Positions 1-12,305 of a stretch of DNA of 34,069 nt are shown piece by piece. Every line of letters starts with the position of its first letter. Position 1 is the first letter of the stretch. The translations under genes and the position numbers were made by a program. Source of the stretch: Octopus sinensis. Lineage: Eukaryota. The stretch is from NCBI RefSeq assembly GCF_006345805.1, contig NW_021832204.1, forward strand, positions 1-34,069, given 5' to 3'. The notes beneath the pieces were generated by a model that worked only from the letters and a program-made list of their open reading frames with translations, did not search any database and was not told the DNA's origin.

Positions 1-128
1 AACCGATACTTATTTTATCGACCATGAAAGGTAAAGTCGACTTTGGTAGAGTTTGAACACGAACACGGACGAAATGCGGCTTAGCAATTTGACAGGTGTG
101 CTAACGACTCTGCCAGCCTGCCGCCTTA
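1..128 (-). mobile_element. tRNA-derived SINE, 5' part (cut by window edge)
   Basis: Diverged match to the SINE at 20803-21032 (ttatcgacc..gaaagg..aaagtcgac..tttgaac..gctaacg..tgccagc..ccgcctt). Confidence 0.7.
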
Positions 129-600
129 GTGGACCGAGAAATATTGAAACCCTTATAAGAATTTTTTTATGAGAGTTTGCTTCCATCGTACTTATCCATC
201 TTTTGTGCCCTTCTTTTAACTTTGGTTGATCAATTTAAAATCGGAGAAATCGACAACTTGTTGAGCAAACTGTTAGTACTCGATTGGGAAAGTATATTTC
301 TTGTAAAAGTTTCTCTTTGTGAGTCAGAAATATGATGTAAAGAAACAGCAGTTAAAAGTCGCAGCTGATGAACCCGGATTGTCAGATTCGTGAGAATATA
401 TATTGATAATTTAAAATTTTCCACTAAGTAATGTCCCTATTGGAAAAGTGTTTCCAAGAATAACCTTTCACCAGACCCTAAAGTAAGAAAAAAAGGGGGA
501 CAAGTATCTTTTTGCGTTAATTTAAAAGCTAAAAATATAATTTAGTGTTATGATTTATTCCTAACGAAGCAATGCTGAAGTATGACTCAACCATCTACAA

Positions 601-652
<52 letters not shown>

Positions 653-733
653 GACTGTCTGTCTAGCTAGCTATCTATCTATCTATACGCAGACATACAC
701 ATATGTATACACGTCTCTCCCTAACTCCCTCCC

Positions 734-1334
734 TCTGATGAGACTGAAATCGTAAGTGGTGTCCCCCAGGGAACTGTTCTTAGACATGCCCATAGTCACT
801 CGAACTGCCACTGTCACTAGCTATGCTGTTGACACAAAATTATCACAGGCAATAAAAAACCAAGAGGATGTTACAAGCTTACAGCAGGATCTGAACTCAG
901 TGTACAAGCGGGCCAAAATAAATAACATGCAGTTTAATGCTGAAAAATTTCACGCACTGCAGTATAAACTTAGTACAAATACAATACAATGTACATTTAC
1001 AGGACTCGATGGCACTACAATCCCAGAGTCACAGGCAGTGAAAGACTTGGGGATCAGCATGTGCAATGACGCATCGTTTCATATGCACCTAAGCAAGATG
1101 GCAGCAAAATGCAGACAACTGGCAGGATGGATACTAAGATCCTTCAAGACAAGAGACCAAAAAAGTATGTTGACCCTGTGGAGAGCCTTTGTTCTCGGCC
1201 GCCTGGACTACTGTTCCCAGTTATGGTCACCACATAGTGCCAAACTAACAGCGGAGTTTAAAGCTGTCCAACGCCACTACACTAAAAAGATTGGAACAGT
1301 GCAGTGGATGAGCTATAGGGATAGGCTGATTTGA
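734..1334 (+). pseudogene. Non-LTR retrotransposon RT fragment, CR1/L2-group
   Basis: SGVPQGTVL from 734, then after a frameshift YAVDTK (degenerate YADD), FNAEKF, VKDLG, LDYCSQLWSP. Same family as 22760-23530. Confidence 0.85.
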
Positions 1335-1509
1335 AGCATTTCATAAATAATAATAAAAAATCATAGAATGCCTGTGTTTGTTTTGATATTAATATTGAAA
1401 AGGAAAAAAAAAATTCGGCCTTGTTTGTAAAAACAATTGAGCCTGAGTTTGCACCCCCTAAGCAAATTTCGTTCCCGGGCCACTGCTTGAAGCCCTAATA
1501 CGCAACTGA

Positions 1510-2096
1510 AAATGTCGATAAAGTCGCATTGCTGTGGAAGACATCACACATAGGATCAGCTGTTAAGTGTCATCAAGACACTACCAGCAAATGCGACACG
1601 ACGATGTCACTAAAACAGTATACAATTTCATCTGAGAGACGAAAAAAAAAAGGGATTACTATCCTGAAATAAATATAGACTCTCATGTTGAGTACACACA
1701 CACAAACACTAACACAAGGAATACAAGTGGAACATTCTCGCGACAGCTTATAAGAGGCCTGACATTGTTCTTTGGGACAGATATCGAAAAACAGATATCG
1801 CCATAGAGGTCAGCTGTTCTATTGATGAAAATATCTCTTTGAAAATCAAAGAGAAAGCGGATAATTCTGGAAAACTGCTTCGAAACCACAAGTTTCTGTA
1901 TCCAGATTAAGAATTCACATTCATACCAATAATAATAACTGTTTCATTTGGTTTTGTGAGTAAATGCCTGAATTGCAGTCTGGTTAAGATAGGATTTCCA
2001 GAAAAAGAAATCATCCAACCAATTTCCTCATTACAAATAGAATCTGTAAATGGAACAATAAAAATATGCAAGACTTCGCTCAAATTCAAAATGTAA
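1510..2096 (+). pseudogene. C-terminus of an RLE-type (R4/Dong-like) non-LTR retrotransposon: CCHC knuckle plus PD-(D/E)xK endonuclease remnant
   Basis: Manual translation through stops: KCR*SRIAVEDITHRISC*VSSRHYQQMRHDDVTKTVY, then RPDIVLWD..IEVSCSIDENISLKIKEK..LYPD*EFTFIPII..LQIESVNGTIKICK. Not in the ORF track. Confidence 0.75.
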
Positions 2097-2246
2097 CATC
2101 GTTTTCTTTTTCTTTTTAGTTATATTCTAGTGATAGAATATTGTATCCTTGTTAGAACCAACTTCTTTCTTATAGGAAGACTCCAAATAAATAAACCACA
2201 GAAGAGAACATAGACACACATATTCATACATACATACATACAAATA

Positions 2247-2281
<35 letters not shown>

Positions 2282-2352
2282 GTATGTGTATGTGTGTGTC
2301 TATGTACGTGTCTGTTTTTCTGTATTTGTACATAAGTATATACATATGATTG

Positions 2353-2414
<62 letters not shown>

Positions 2415-2430
2415 CACATATGTTTGTATG

Positions 2431-2469
<39 letters not shown>

Positions 2470-2546
2470 ATATTATGAACATATATAAGTATACGTATCG
2501 ATATGTATTATGTATACATATATATGTGTGTATATATATATATCTC

Positions 2547-2900
2547 TCTTATTATAAAAGGCAGATTTTATCTGCCTCCCTTTGGGAGTTATACAAATCT
2601 ACAATATAGGATTTCTTCAATTACAATTTACCTAGCAGTTTTAAGAGTACAATGCATCGCGTCATGCCAGGTCCAGTTTTAAAATTTAAACTCCAATTAA
2701 GCAAAATTTACAGAAAACTGACATTCTGGTGTGTGTGTCAAATGCTTTTGTTAGTCTGGTTTACCACCACACAACGCACACACACAGTGGGCAACGAATA
2801 AAATGAAAGTAAATAGCGACAGAGTGATTTGAGAAGACTAAAGTGAAAGTATTCTGTCTATGACGCGTGATAGATACATGAGTAAAATGTATGGGAAGCT
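2547..2900 (+). mobile_element. Non-autonomous repeat family B, probably Helitron-like (5' part)
   Basis: Starts TCTTATTATAAAAGGCAGATTTTATCTGCCTCCC and matches 4517-4720. TC start as in family A. 3' end not identified. Confidence 0.45.
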
Positions 2901-3264
2901 AAGAGCTAAGAGTGAGTGAAAATGTTCTTGGAAGAGAGTAATTAGTAATAAAGTAAACATACACTCATACATACATACATACATACATACATACATACAT
3001 ACACACATACACACATACATACATACCACAACACATACACACATACACACATACATACATACATACATATACATACATACATACATATACATACATACAT
3101 ACACACACACACATACACACACACACAGTATTGAAGCTTGAGAACAATCAGATACATTTGCAACACATCTGTTGAAAATATTATTGTTCACACACATACA
3201 TATACATATATGCATACAGACAGACAGACAGATAGACACACACACACACACACACACACATGAT

Positions 3265-3308
3265 CCAGCATGGCCACAACCTCAAGGCTGAAACATATAA
3301 AAGAATAA
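3265..3308 (+). mobile_element. Isolated LINE/SINE 3' terminal stem-loop fragment
   Basis: ccagcatggccacaacctcaaggctgaaac resembles the LINE 3' UTR at 23468-23506 and the SINE tail at 13488-13526. Confidence 0.6.
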
Positions 3309-3309
3309 C

Positions 3310-3697
3310 AGAATATAAATGTGTGCAAAGTACAAGAAATATTAATGCAGTATATGGGGATTGGACAATAAGCGTAAGGCAGTGTCAATGGTGGTTCCAG
3401 AAATCCCGAGCCATAAACTACAGCCTAGAAGACGAGCCTCATCCTGAAAGATCTGTAGAACTCGACAAGGACATCCTGAAAACCCTGGTGGAACAAAATC
3501 TCATCGTAACTGTTGAGGAACTAGCAGAGAAGCTTGGATTTGGTCATTCAACCATTCATTGAGACCTGTGTGCTATCGGAAAAGTCAGCAAATTGGGTCA
3601 ATGGGTTCCTCACGAACTTTCCGAGTCTAATTGCATGCAGAGAGTGAATGTATGCTTTTCTTTGCTGTCACATCTCACCACTACTGCGCTATGTATA
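3310..3697 (+). pseudogene. Mariner transposase N-terminal fragment
   Basis: RNINAVYG..ISVRQCQWWFQK..SLEDEPHPER..TVEELAEKLG..STIH*, then read-through KLGQWVPHEL (mariner WVPHEL motif). Interrupted at 3698. Confidence 0.9.
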
Positions 3698-4516
3698 TCT
3701 ATATATATAAAACTGTAGTTGTGTGAGTGTCTGTCCCCTTCGATTTAGATTCCTAACTACTCCCACATTTTGCGGTGCAGTTTAACCAAATTCGGATAGC
3801 TTATAGTCGTGATTCATATCGAGCCCGTCTGAGTATTAGCGCGCGTCTACGATGAGTCTACAATTTTAAAAATAATTTAACATCATTTTTTATTCCATTT
3901 TAATGCATAATTTTTCGTGTGTCGATGGCGGCGGAGTTGGCGTCCACGCTCACACCTGCACCTGTGGGGAAGGGAGTGTAAGGAAATCAACGTCGTAATG
4001 CGTTGTCAAGGAGACCAGCGTTCTTTTAGAACAACGACTTCATGGCTTGAAGACACCAAAACAGAAATGGCTAAGAAAGCGTCTACATGAGTCTACGATT
4101 TAAAAAAAAATTACCATCGTTTTTTTTCCATTTTAATGCATTTTTTCGCTATTGTGGGGAAGGGAGTGTAAGGAATCAACGTCGTAATGCGTTGTCAAGG
4201 AACCAGCGTTCTTTTAGAACACGACTTCATGGCTTGAAGACACCAAAACAGAAGGCTAAGAAAGCGTCTACATGAGTCTACGATTTAAAAAAAAATTACC
4301 ATCGTTTTTTTTCCATTTTAATGCATTTTTTCGCTATTATATAAGGGAAGTAACTCTCTAAAAATGTCTACGATGAGTCAACGATTTTTCAAAAAATTTA
4401 CCATCATATTTTTCCATTTTAATGCATTTTTTGCTATTTTTTTGGCTATACTCTCTAAAAATGCTTATATAGTTATTTCCCTTACAAACCCGAGCAACGC
4501 CGGGCGATACTGCTAG
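3698..4516 (+). mobile_element. Non-autonomous Helitron-like element, family A (long variant)
   Basis: A|TC start (tctatatatataaaa), 3' hairpin CCCG-agcaacgc-CGGG followed by CTAG|T, internal ~75 bp subrepeats and a ~190 bp tandem duplication. Second copy at 5776-6169. Confidence 0.8.
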
Positions 4517-5290
4517 TCTTATTATAAAAGGCAGATTTTATCTGCCTCCCTTTGTCACTTATAGAAATCTACAATATAGGATTTCTTCAATTACAATTTA
4601 CCTAGCATTTTTAAGAGTAGAATGCATCGGGTCATGCCAGGTCCAGTTTTTAAAATTTCAACCCCAATTAAGCAAAATTTAGAGAAAACTCACATTGTGG
4701 TGTATGAGTCAAATGCTTCTCTTAATGTGGGCTACAGCACTCGCACACGCACACACACAAAAAGGGAGCGATCTCATTCACTCACGCTATCACTCATTTC
4801 TACGACTTTCTCTTTGCAAGTTTGCAGCGATTAAAGTGAAACTAATTCGATAAAACGAGAGAAGTGTACCTTAAACCACTACTAAAAAAAAAAAAAACAG
4901 CAAACAGAAACAAATAAATACATAACGATTTACTCCTCACACAATTTCTTCAATTAGAGTGTACCCATGATTTTTCAGAGTACTTCCAGTGGGTGATGCC
5001 ATAAAAAATTTCTTTCAATTTTACCACCAATTAAGACAAAATTCGAGAAAACTCAATATTTTAACATTTCACTCCGAAAGCATTGATGTACATGTGTGCG
5101 TGCGTGAGTGTGTGTGTGTCATCCTCACACACACGCATACACATACATATATGAGAGTGGCAAACACAAACGTTTCAAACAACTACATACAAACACGTGT
5201 GTGCTTGTTATTAGTAAAAAAGGCGCCAAAACACAACTCACTTATCATTCCAACACATTTGCAAAGACACACGGACGGTCGAATTGCTAT
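4517..5290 (+). mobile_element. Family B Helitron-like repeat abutting the family A 3' end
   Basis: Same 5' sequence as 2547. Internal degenerate repeat at ~4940-5060. Right boundary uncertain. Confidence 0.45.
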
Positions 5291-5449
5291 AACAATACAG
5301 AAAAGGTAATTGGTTTTTATTTTACTCTGTATTATTTTATTATATAATATTATATATAGATATATGTATATATAATTGCAGTATGAAACAGTGTTTATGT
5401 ATAAACAGACGACACTTATATATAGTTATTAATACATGTATGCATCCGT

Positions 5450-5775
5450 TTAACCCTTTCGTTACCAAACCGCCCGAATTTACCTATTCATATTAAATGA
5501 GAATATCAGAGTAAATCTCTTTAGTACATTCGTGAAAACACGTATTATACTTCGTAACACTTCAAATACAGTTTTGTACAAAAATCGAAGTGTAATTTTA
5601 ATTCCGTGAATTATGGGAGATTTTTTTCCGAAATTTGTTCCTATTGTATTTTCAAAATTTGTAATTCTGACAAAAAATGGATACGAATTTCATATATCAA
5701 GCAGCGAGTCAGAATTCGAAGGATTTTCTACTGAAGACCTTCATAAATCTAACTCTATGACTGAAAAAAAAAGCA
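5450..5775 (+). mobile_element. piggyBac-like left end with acidic N-terminal remnant
   Basis: TTAA followed by CCCTTTCGTTACC. Downstream SSSESEFEGFSTEDL resembles acidic piggyBac transposase N-termini. Truncated by a Helitron at 5776. Confidence 0.5.
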
Positions 5776-6169
5776 TCTTTATATAAGAGTGAAGTTGTGT
5801 GTCTGTCTCCTACGATTTAGATTCGTAACTACTCCCACATTTTGCGGTGCAGTGTAACCAAAACCGGTTATCTTATAGTCGTGATTCATATCGAGCCCTT
5901 CTGGGTATTAGCGCGCGTCTACGATGAGTCTACGATTTTTTAAAAATTTGCCATCATATTTTTCCATTTTAATGCATTTTTTTCGCTTTTATATAAGGGA
6001 AGTAACTCTCTAAAAATATCTACGATGTGTCAACGATTAAAAAAAAATTTACCTTAGTTTTTTTTCAATTTTTAATGCATTTTTTTGCTATTTTTTGGCT
6101 ATAACTCTCTAAAAATGCTTATATAGTTATTTCCCTTACAACCCGAGCAACGCCGGGCGATACTGCTAG
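5776..6169 (+). mobile_element. Non-autonomous Helitron-like element, family A (short variant)
   Basis: A|TC...CCCG-agcaacgc-CGGG..CTAG|T. Homologous to 3698-4516. Confidence 0.8.
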
Positions 6170-6190
6170 TATATATAATATATATTATAG

Positions 6191-6223
<33 letters not shown>

Positions 6224-6807
6224 TAAATATCTACATATAAATATATAATATGTATGTATATCTATATCAATAATATATATATATATATATGCATATATAT
6301 GTATATATATGTATACGTGTGTGCGTGTGATATGCGAGTGCTTGTGTGCATATATACGAATATACTGTGTACATCCTATACACACATTATATTTCTTGGA
6401 CATGCCCATGTAATATATATATCAAATGAAATTAAGGATCGATCGATCGATCGAACGCTGATATTTCACCGATATAGTCTAACCCATATCCGGTCTTTAT
6501 TGAATTAGACACACACACAAACACGCACGCCCGTGCACACACATATGCATACACAGATATACATGCATTCGCTTTCATACATACATACATACATACATAC
6601 ATACATACATACATACATACATACATACATACATACGTACGTACGTCTATACGTACATGCATGTGTGTTTGTGTATATTATATATGTGATATACATATAT
6701 ATATATATGCGAGTACGTATATTAGTATTATATGTATATGTATGTATATATGCATGTATATATGCATATATATATTATACATATATATACATATACACAA
6801 TCGCATA

Positions 6808-6858
<51 letters not shown>

Positions 6859-6908
6859 CCCCTTAGCGTGTGGCATGTATGTATAATAATGCCCTCTATA
6901 TATAAACT

Positions 6909-6945
<37 letters not shown>

Positions 6946-7705
6946 CATACATATGCATCATATATATGTTGGCATGTATGTATGCATATATATATATACA
7001 TACACACATACATACATATACATATATGTACATATACATACATAAATGCGTATATATGTGTGTGTATACATACATACATACATACATACATACATACATA
7101 CATACATACATACATACATACATACATACATACATACATACATACATACATGTGTGTGTGTGTGTGTCTGTGTGTTGCATTCCACCGAATCCTCGTGCTA
7201 ACCAAGTCGTCTGTTGTCTTTTGAACGTAATTCCTCTTGAACTGGAATATTGGATCTCTTGAAACGTCTTAGGAATTAAAGAACCCGAAAATAATCCTGC
7301 AAGACAAGACTCTTCTGTGTTAAATAGGTTGACCACTAATTTAACTAATAAATACATAAATAAACATATAAAATATAAGAATTTTATAGCAGTAATAAAA
7401 AATAAATAGAAAAAATACGTCGTGGTTTCCAATGACGCATGTATGATTGAATGTATTATATTTAGCCGCATATTAACGACACGTGCGAATGGCTGATTAA
7501 TATGCAGATGCCCGTACGTGCGTTCGCTAAAACACACACACACACACACCACACACACACACACGCACACACATACATACGCACAGACACTCATGCACAT
7601 GCACGAAAGCACGTATACATACACACAAGCGTATACACCCACATGCACCTAAACGCATGCACAGGTGCATGCATTTTGGACTGCTGTAATTACATACATA
7701 TATGC

Positions 7706-7740
<35 letters not shown>

Positions 7741-7796
7741 CTTATATAGATTAATGTACACATACATGCAAATACATATATATACATACATACATG

Positions 7797-7848
<52 letters not shown>

Positions 7849-7887
7849 GATATATATATACATACATACATGCATATATATATGCAT
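6170..7887. repeat. Compound microsatellite field, (TA)n/(TACA)n/(CA)n/(GATA)n
   Basis: Directly visible. A short AT-rich unique stretch at ~7180-7500 is embedded. Confidence 0.9.
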
Positions 7888-8854
7888 GTGGGGGAGGGCA
7901 GTAGGCTCTTATGTGGCCCCTCAGGCCACACTTATAACATCTTGGTGCTCTGCCCTCCACCCACACTCTCATTACTATATTCCCGAAGATTATGATGTCG
8001 GCCATTCTTTCTAGTGTACCCTCCTCGGCTTGTACACTCATCTCTATCGTTTTACCTCGCCGACCTTCATTTTTTACGGTAGCTTGCAAAATGTCCACCT
8101 CTTCTTCCACATCTTTTATTACCGCCGCAACGACCCATTCACCCTCTATGTGGGAGGGGGGGTATCTTTTCCACTCTTATTCTAGTTGTTCTTTGGTTCA
8201 TATACGATGGTAGTAAGATTACTTTTTCTGTTTTGATTGTCTTCGCTGCCATTTTCCTCGCTATAATCTTGTTTTCAAACTGCACCATAATTGTTCCGAA
8301 CTCACTACCTCTTGCCATGAATATAATTTCTTCTTCCACTCTCCTTAGCGCCTCCTCAATATCTTCCATTTTTACCATTTCTACTCTCTTATCATTTACG
8401 TATGTCCGGTATTTAATCACTCTCTTCTCAAACCATTCTCCACGTTTTTCTGGTGGAAGTAGTTTTACCTCACCTCCTTCCTTCGTCATGCATGCCTGAA
8501 AGCCTGGCAACTTTTCCAGGTTTATCTCCTTTTCCTCTAACTTTTTTGCTGCTCCTGCGTACGTCTTCCCGGTTTTTATATCCATATCGTTAACGGTACC
8601 GATTAGCTCGTCCTCAGAGGTCGATGCTTCTGACAAGGTCTCGAATATCCATTCCTCCTCCATTTCTCCCATTAGGGAGGGGTGGTCCATAACCTTTTGT
8701 CTGTCTCAACACAGACAGACAACGGCCGCCAGAACAGAAACAGTATAACAAGAAACCGTATCACAAAACGTACAACAACAATTCAACAAAATTAATTGGC
8801 AACTTATAATAATCACGCGTGTTCGAATAATAACAACCTGTAGTTGGACTGTCA
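7888..8854 (-). mobile_element. Partial copy of the ORF1-only retroelement (5' 967 bp)
   Basis: Near-identical to 28006-28972. Intact [14 protein letters not shown] knuckle, but a +1 G in the G-run near 8156-8162 splits the ORF (track ORFs 8139-8690 and 7751-8110). Confidence 0.9.
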
Positions 8855-9508
8855 CAACCGTAGAATTCGTCGTAGCATGTACGAATGTTTATCTTTACAT
8901 ATCTATGAAAATGGCGGGCTTATTCGCAATGCATTTCGGTAACAATTTGCCTATTCGGAACAAAAATTTAGTATTGAACTATTCCGGTGAAAGATATAAA
9001 TTTAAAATTAAGGATAAAATCTTTATAAGAAATTATCAGTAGTTAACGTGAAAAACCTCGTAAGAGAAAAAATCTGTAAATTTTTCCACTTCGAAAATAT
9101 TTATTTATATTATATAGAGGGTACTATTTTCATAGGTACCTGGCAGGCTAGGAGGGACTCTTGCATCAAAACTACTAATAAACAAATTGTACCGAATACA
9201 AAACTTCAAAGCAAGTCATTTAAAATATAATTTAGTTACATATCACCTGTGATTTCGCAATCATGCAGAATATGCATTCTATGTGCTCTTCAGTGCATAA
9301 TTTTAAATTTATATTTTTCACCGGAATAGTCCAATACTGAATTTTTGTTCCGAATAGGCAAATTGTTACCGAAATGCATTGCGAATAAGCCCGCCATTTT
9401 CATAGATATGTAAAGATAAACATTCGTACATACTACGACGAATTCTACGGTTGGCTGTCGGGTATGCTATATTGTGTTTTTTCCTTACATGTCTTGAGTT
9501 CGTTGCAC
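8855..9508 (-). repeat. Terminal part of the HHR repeat with inverted segment (duplicate of 28973-29628)
   Basis: ~155 bp inverted repeat 8855-9010 vs 9298-9453 around a ~290 bp spacer. Colinear with 28973-29628. Confidence 0.9.
9235..9297 (-). ncRNA. Hammerhead ribozyme motif, type I (helix I shortened by inversion junction)
   Basis: Minus strand tgca CTGAAGA gc..gc GAAA tcacaggtga TA tgtaac. Confidence 0.65.
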
Positions 9509-9577
9509 ATACATACCTACAAACATATACATACTACACAGGCACACACGAATGTATGTTTGTATGTATTGCACATG

Positions 9578-9600
<23 letters not shown>

Positions 9601-9608
<8 letters not shown>

Positions 9609-9893
9609 ATCACGTGACCGACCAAACCACAGATGTTGTAACACATCGCTGGTCACAATGCGTTCGCATTGTTTTAGCCTTCGAATACGCCACGCCACTC
9701 CGCTGGCTAAGCGAGTAGGCCAACAGAAAAAGAGTGGAGAAGTGGTAAAAGAGTACAGCAGGGACTACTACCCCTGCCGGAGCCTCGTGGAGCTTTAGGT
9801 GTCAATAAACAATCACATCGGTCGGCCGGTCTGGGAATCGAAACCGCGATCCTACGACCACGAGCCGCTGGCCTAACTGGGCCATTGCGCCTC

Positions 9894-9894
<1 letters not shown>
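9601..9894 (-). mobile_element. tRNA-derived SINE, family 2
   Basis: Head ggcgcaatggcccagt..ttagg / ggtttcgattcc (A and B boxes), tail ..gtcacgtgatcacgtgat into (TA)n. Copies at 10083, 12583 and 31405. Confidence 0.85.
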
Positions 9895-9944
<50 letters not shown>

Positions 9945-9976
9945 TATATATATATTATATATATATAATATATATA

Positions 9977-10030
<54 letters not shown>

Positions 10031-10044
10031 TATATATATTATAT

Positions 10045-10082
<38 letters not shown>

Positions 10083-10086
<4 letters not shown>

Positions 10087-10311
10087 GAGGCGCAATGGCC
10101 CAGTGGTTAGGCCAGCGGACTCGTGGTCGTAGGATCGCGGTTTCGATTCCCAGACCGGCCGATGTGATTGTTTATTGACACCTAAAAGCTCCACGAGGCT
10201 CCGGCAGGGGTAGTGCTCCCTGCTGTACTCTTTTACCACTTTCTCCCACTCTTTCTTCTGTTGGCCTACTCGCTTAGCCAGCGGAGTGGCGTCATTCGAA
10301 GGCTAAAACAA
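10083..10311 (+). mobile_element. SINE family 2, inverted near-identical partner of 9601-9894
   Basis: Reverse complement of ~9670-9894 across a (TA)n tract. Confidence 0.85.
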
Positions 10312-10312
10312 A

Positions 10313-10425
10313 CGAAATAAGATTAAGATTAATGTAAAAAATAAATAACACTGAGCAAAATAACACCAATATATAGTGCGTGTGTTTTTATTGGCTAAAC
10401 TGGTAATATGACCATTCCGAAATAT

Positions 10426-10431
<6 letters not shown>
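10313..10431 (+). repeat. Fragment of the PLE-type arm seen at 32121-32241
   Basis: cgaaataagattaagattaatg...ccattccgaaatataacaat matches 32121-32241. Confidence 0.85.
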
Positions 10432-10476
<45 letters not shown>

Positions 10477-10647
10477 TATACATACATATATATATACAAC
10501 ATATACATTCATTTTCTAAGGCAATTATACATACGTGCTCACACCACACACATACGTATATATATTATAATATATATATTATATATATATATATATATAT
10601 ATCTATATATATATACTTTATTTAAGCAGCAGAAAATTCAACAAAAT

Positions 10648-10685
10648 CTGTTACTCTGAGTTTCTCGTTGCCGTTCATCAGACAG
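10648..10685 (-). ncRNA. Minimal hammerhead motif in the inverted arm
   Basis: Reverse complement of 12169-12206. Confidence 0.6.
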
Positions 10686-10924
10686 TTTTTGCTAGAATGG
10701 AACCGATATATCAATTCAATCTAGACTCTTACAAACGCTACACCTTTTAAAAAAAATGGACTTGTTTGATTGGCCCTTTAGAAAAAACGGTCAATCTTCG
10801 AGCGATAAACAAAAAGTTCAAAAATATATGTATATATATATAAATACTTATAAAAATTATAAAATTCGAGGAAAAAACCTTACATTGAATAAAATACATA
10901 TTGACGTTAATGAAGAAAGTATAA

Positions 10925-11101
10925 TTTCCATACAGGCATGGAGCATCCAAAAATAATTTTAAGTCCCAGCTTTGCTTATTAGAAAAAATGTACATTTTAT
11001 TCAAAGACAATAATTCTTTGAATCAAAGAAGTGAGCTAATGAACTTATGTAGGCACGCGGCTAAATTTAAAATGTCGAATATAAATATACCATATCGATA
11101 G
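10925..11101 (+). pseudogene. C-terminal end of a PLE-type endonuclease ORF
   Basis: FPYRHGASKNNFKSQLCLLEKMYILFKDNNSLNQRSELMNLCRHAAKFKMSNINIPYR*. Resembles the PY..CxLCxxEK..LNxRxE..CRH tail of GIY-YIG-bearing PLE proteins (pattern recognition, no search run). Confidence 0.65.
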
Positions 11102-12168
11102 AGTATATATTTTGTATTTTTGACTTTGAAATTTTGATTTTGACTCTTGAACTGGTGTGTGAGCGCTACGATGGATTTTGTTTTGTTTCAAGCTATGCAG
11201 ATTTTAATCCGTATAGCAAAGTCTTATGTTTCTACATATACATTAGGAAAAACCTTCGACTTTGTTTATTTCATGTTATTGTATTGTATAGGATTACCTT
11301 GATTATTTATTACCTTGATTATTTATAGATGATCCGAAAATAGGGTGTTATATTTTATATGTCTTTCGTATTTTTTAAAAAGCAATGTTGTCAAAAATTA
11401 AGAATTTTGATATAAGTATGTGTATAACCATGGATATGTATTTGTAAGCATGCGTATCTGTGTATGTGTAAGTGAGCGTATGTTTGTGCTTAAGCACACA
11501 TATACACGACTGTATGTGTATGTATCCATTCGAACTTGTGTATTTGTATACTTGTCTCCATATATGTCAATAATGCCTTTACACAGCTTGTATACATAAT
11601 TTTTTCTTATTTCGTTTTTTTCCCCACCCCTCCTTTTTCTTTTTTCCTTCCCCCTTCTTCGTTCCTTTTTCTCTCTCTTCCTTTCTTTGCCCCCCCCCCC
11701 TTACTCAGTATATGAGAATCGCTACATAGATGATTTTAGCTTGCGTGCGAGATGGTTTGCGTGCATATATGTACGAATGCATTATGTGTATATTTATATT
11801 TATATTTAACGTCTGTATATGTATGGCGTTTTGCACGCATCCTTCTGTGTATGTTGATATATATATGTACACTTTAATATAAATATGTATTGCAGTGTAA
11901 TATTTATAATAGGTTTAATTGCTATGCTTTAATTATACTTTCTCATTAACGTCAATATGTATTTTATTCAATGTAAGGTTTTTCCTCGAATTTTAAATCT
12001 TTATAAGTATTATATATATATACATATATTTTTGACCTTTTTGTTTATCGCTCGAAGATTGACCGTTTTTTCTAAAGGGCCAATCAAACAAGTCCAATTT
12101 TTTAAAAAAAGGTGTAGCGTTTGTAAGAGTCTAGATTGAATTGATATATCGTTCCATTCTAGCAAAAA

Positions 12169-12206
12169 CTGTCTGATGAACGGCAACGAGAAACTCAGAG
12201 TAACAG
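12169..12206 (+). ncRNA. Minimal type I hammerhead motif
   Basis: CTGT CTGATGA a cg-GCAA-cg a GAAA CT-cag-AG TA ACAG. Helix I CTGT/ACAG, GUA cleavage triplet, 3 bp helix III, very short helix II with an A-A mismatch at its base. Confidence 0.65.
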
Positions 12207-12305
12207 ATTTGTTGAATTTTCTGCTGCTTAAAATAAAGCATATTACTCTACCACTGGTATTTGAGTACTCTTTTTTCCACCTTGTTTCACATTTATGTGT
12301 TTACC

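Noticed and set aside
360-400. CTGATGA at ~365
   Set aside because: No GAAA at a usable distance and no closing helices
731-760. CTGATGAgactGAAAtcgta looks like a hammerhead core
   Set aside because: It is RT coding sequence (SDETEIVSGVPQG), helix I gives only 2 bp and helix II cannot form
3845-4430. Repeat-spacer-like pattern (gtctac..gagtc.acgattt units)
   Set aside because: Eukaryotic context, ~75 bp degenerate units and duplicated 'spacers'. These are Helitron subrepeats, not CRISPR
2127-7931. Many YI/CV/HT-rich ORFs of 60-237 aa
   Set aside because: Translations of (TA)n, (CA)n and (TACA)n microsatellites
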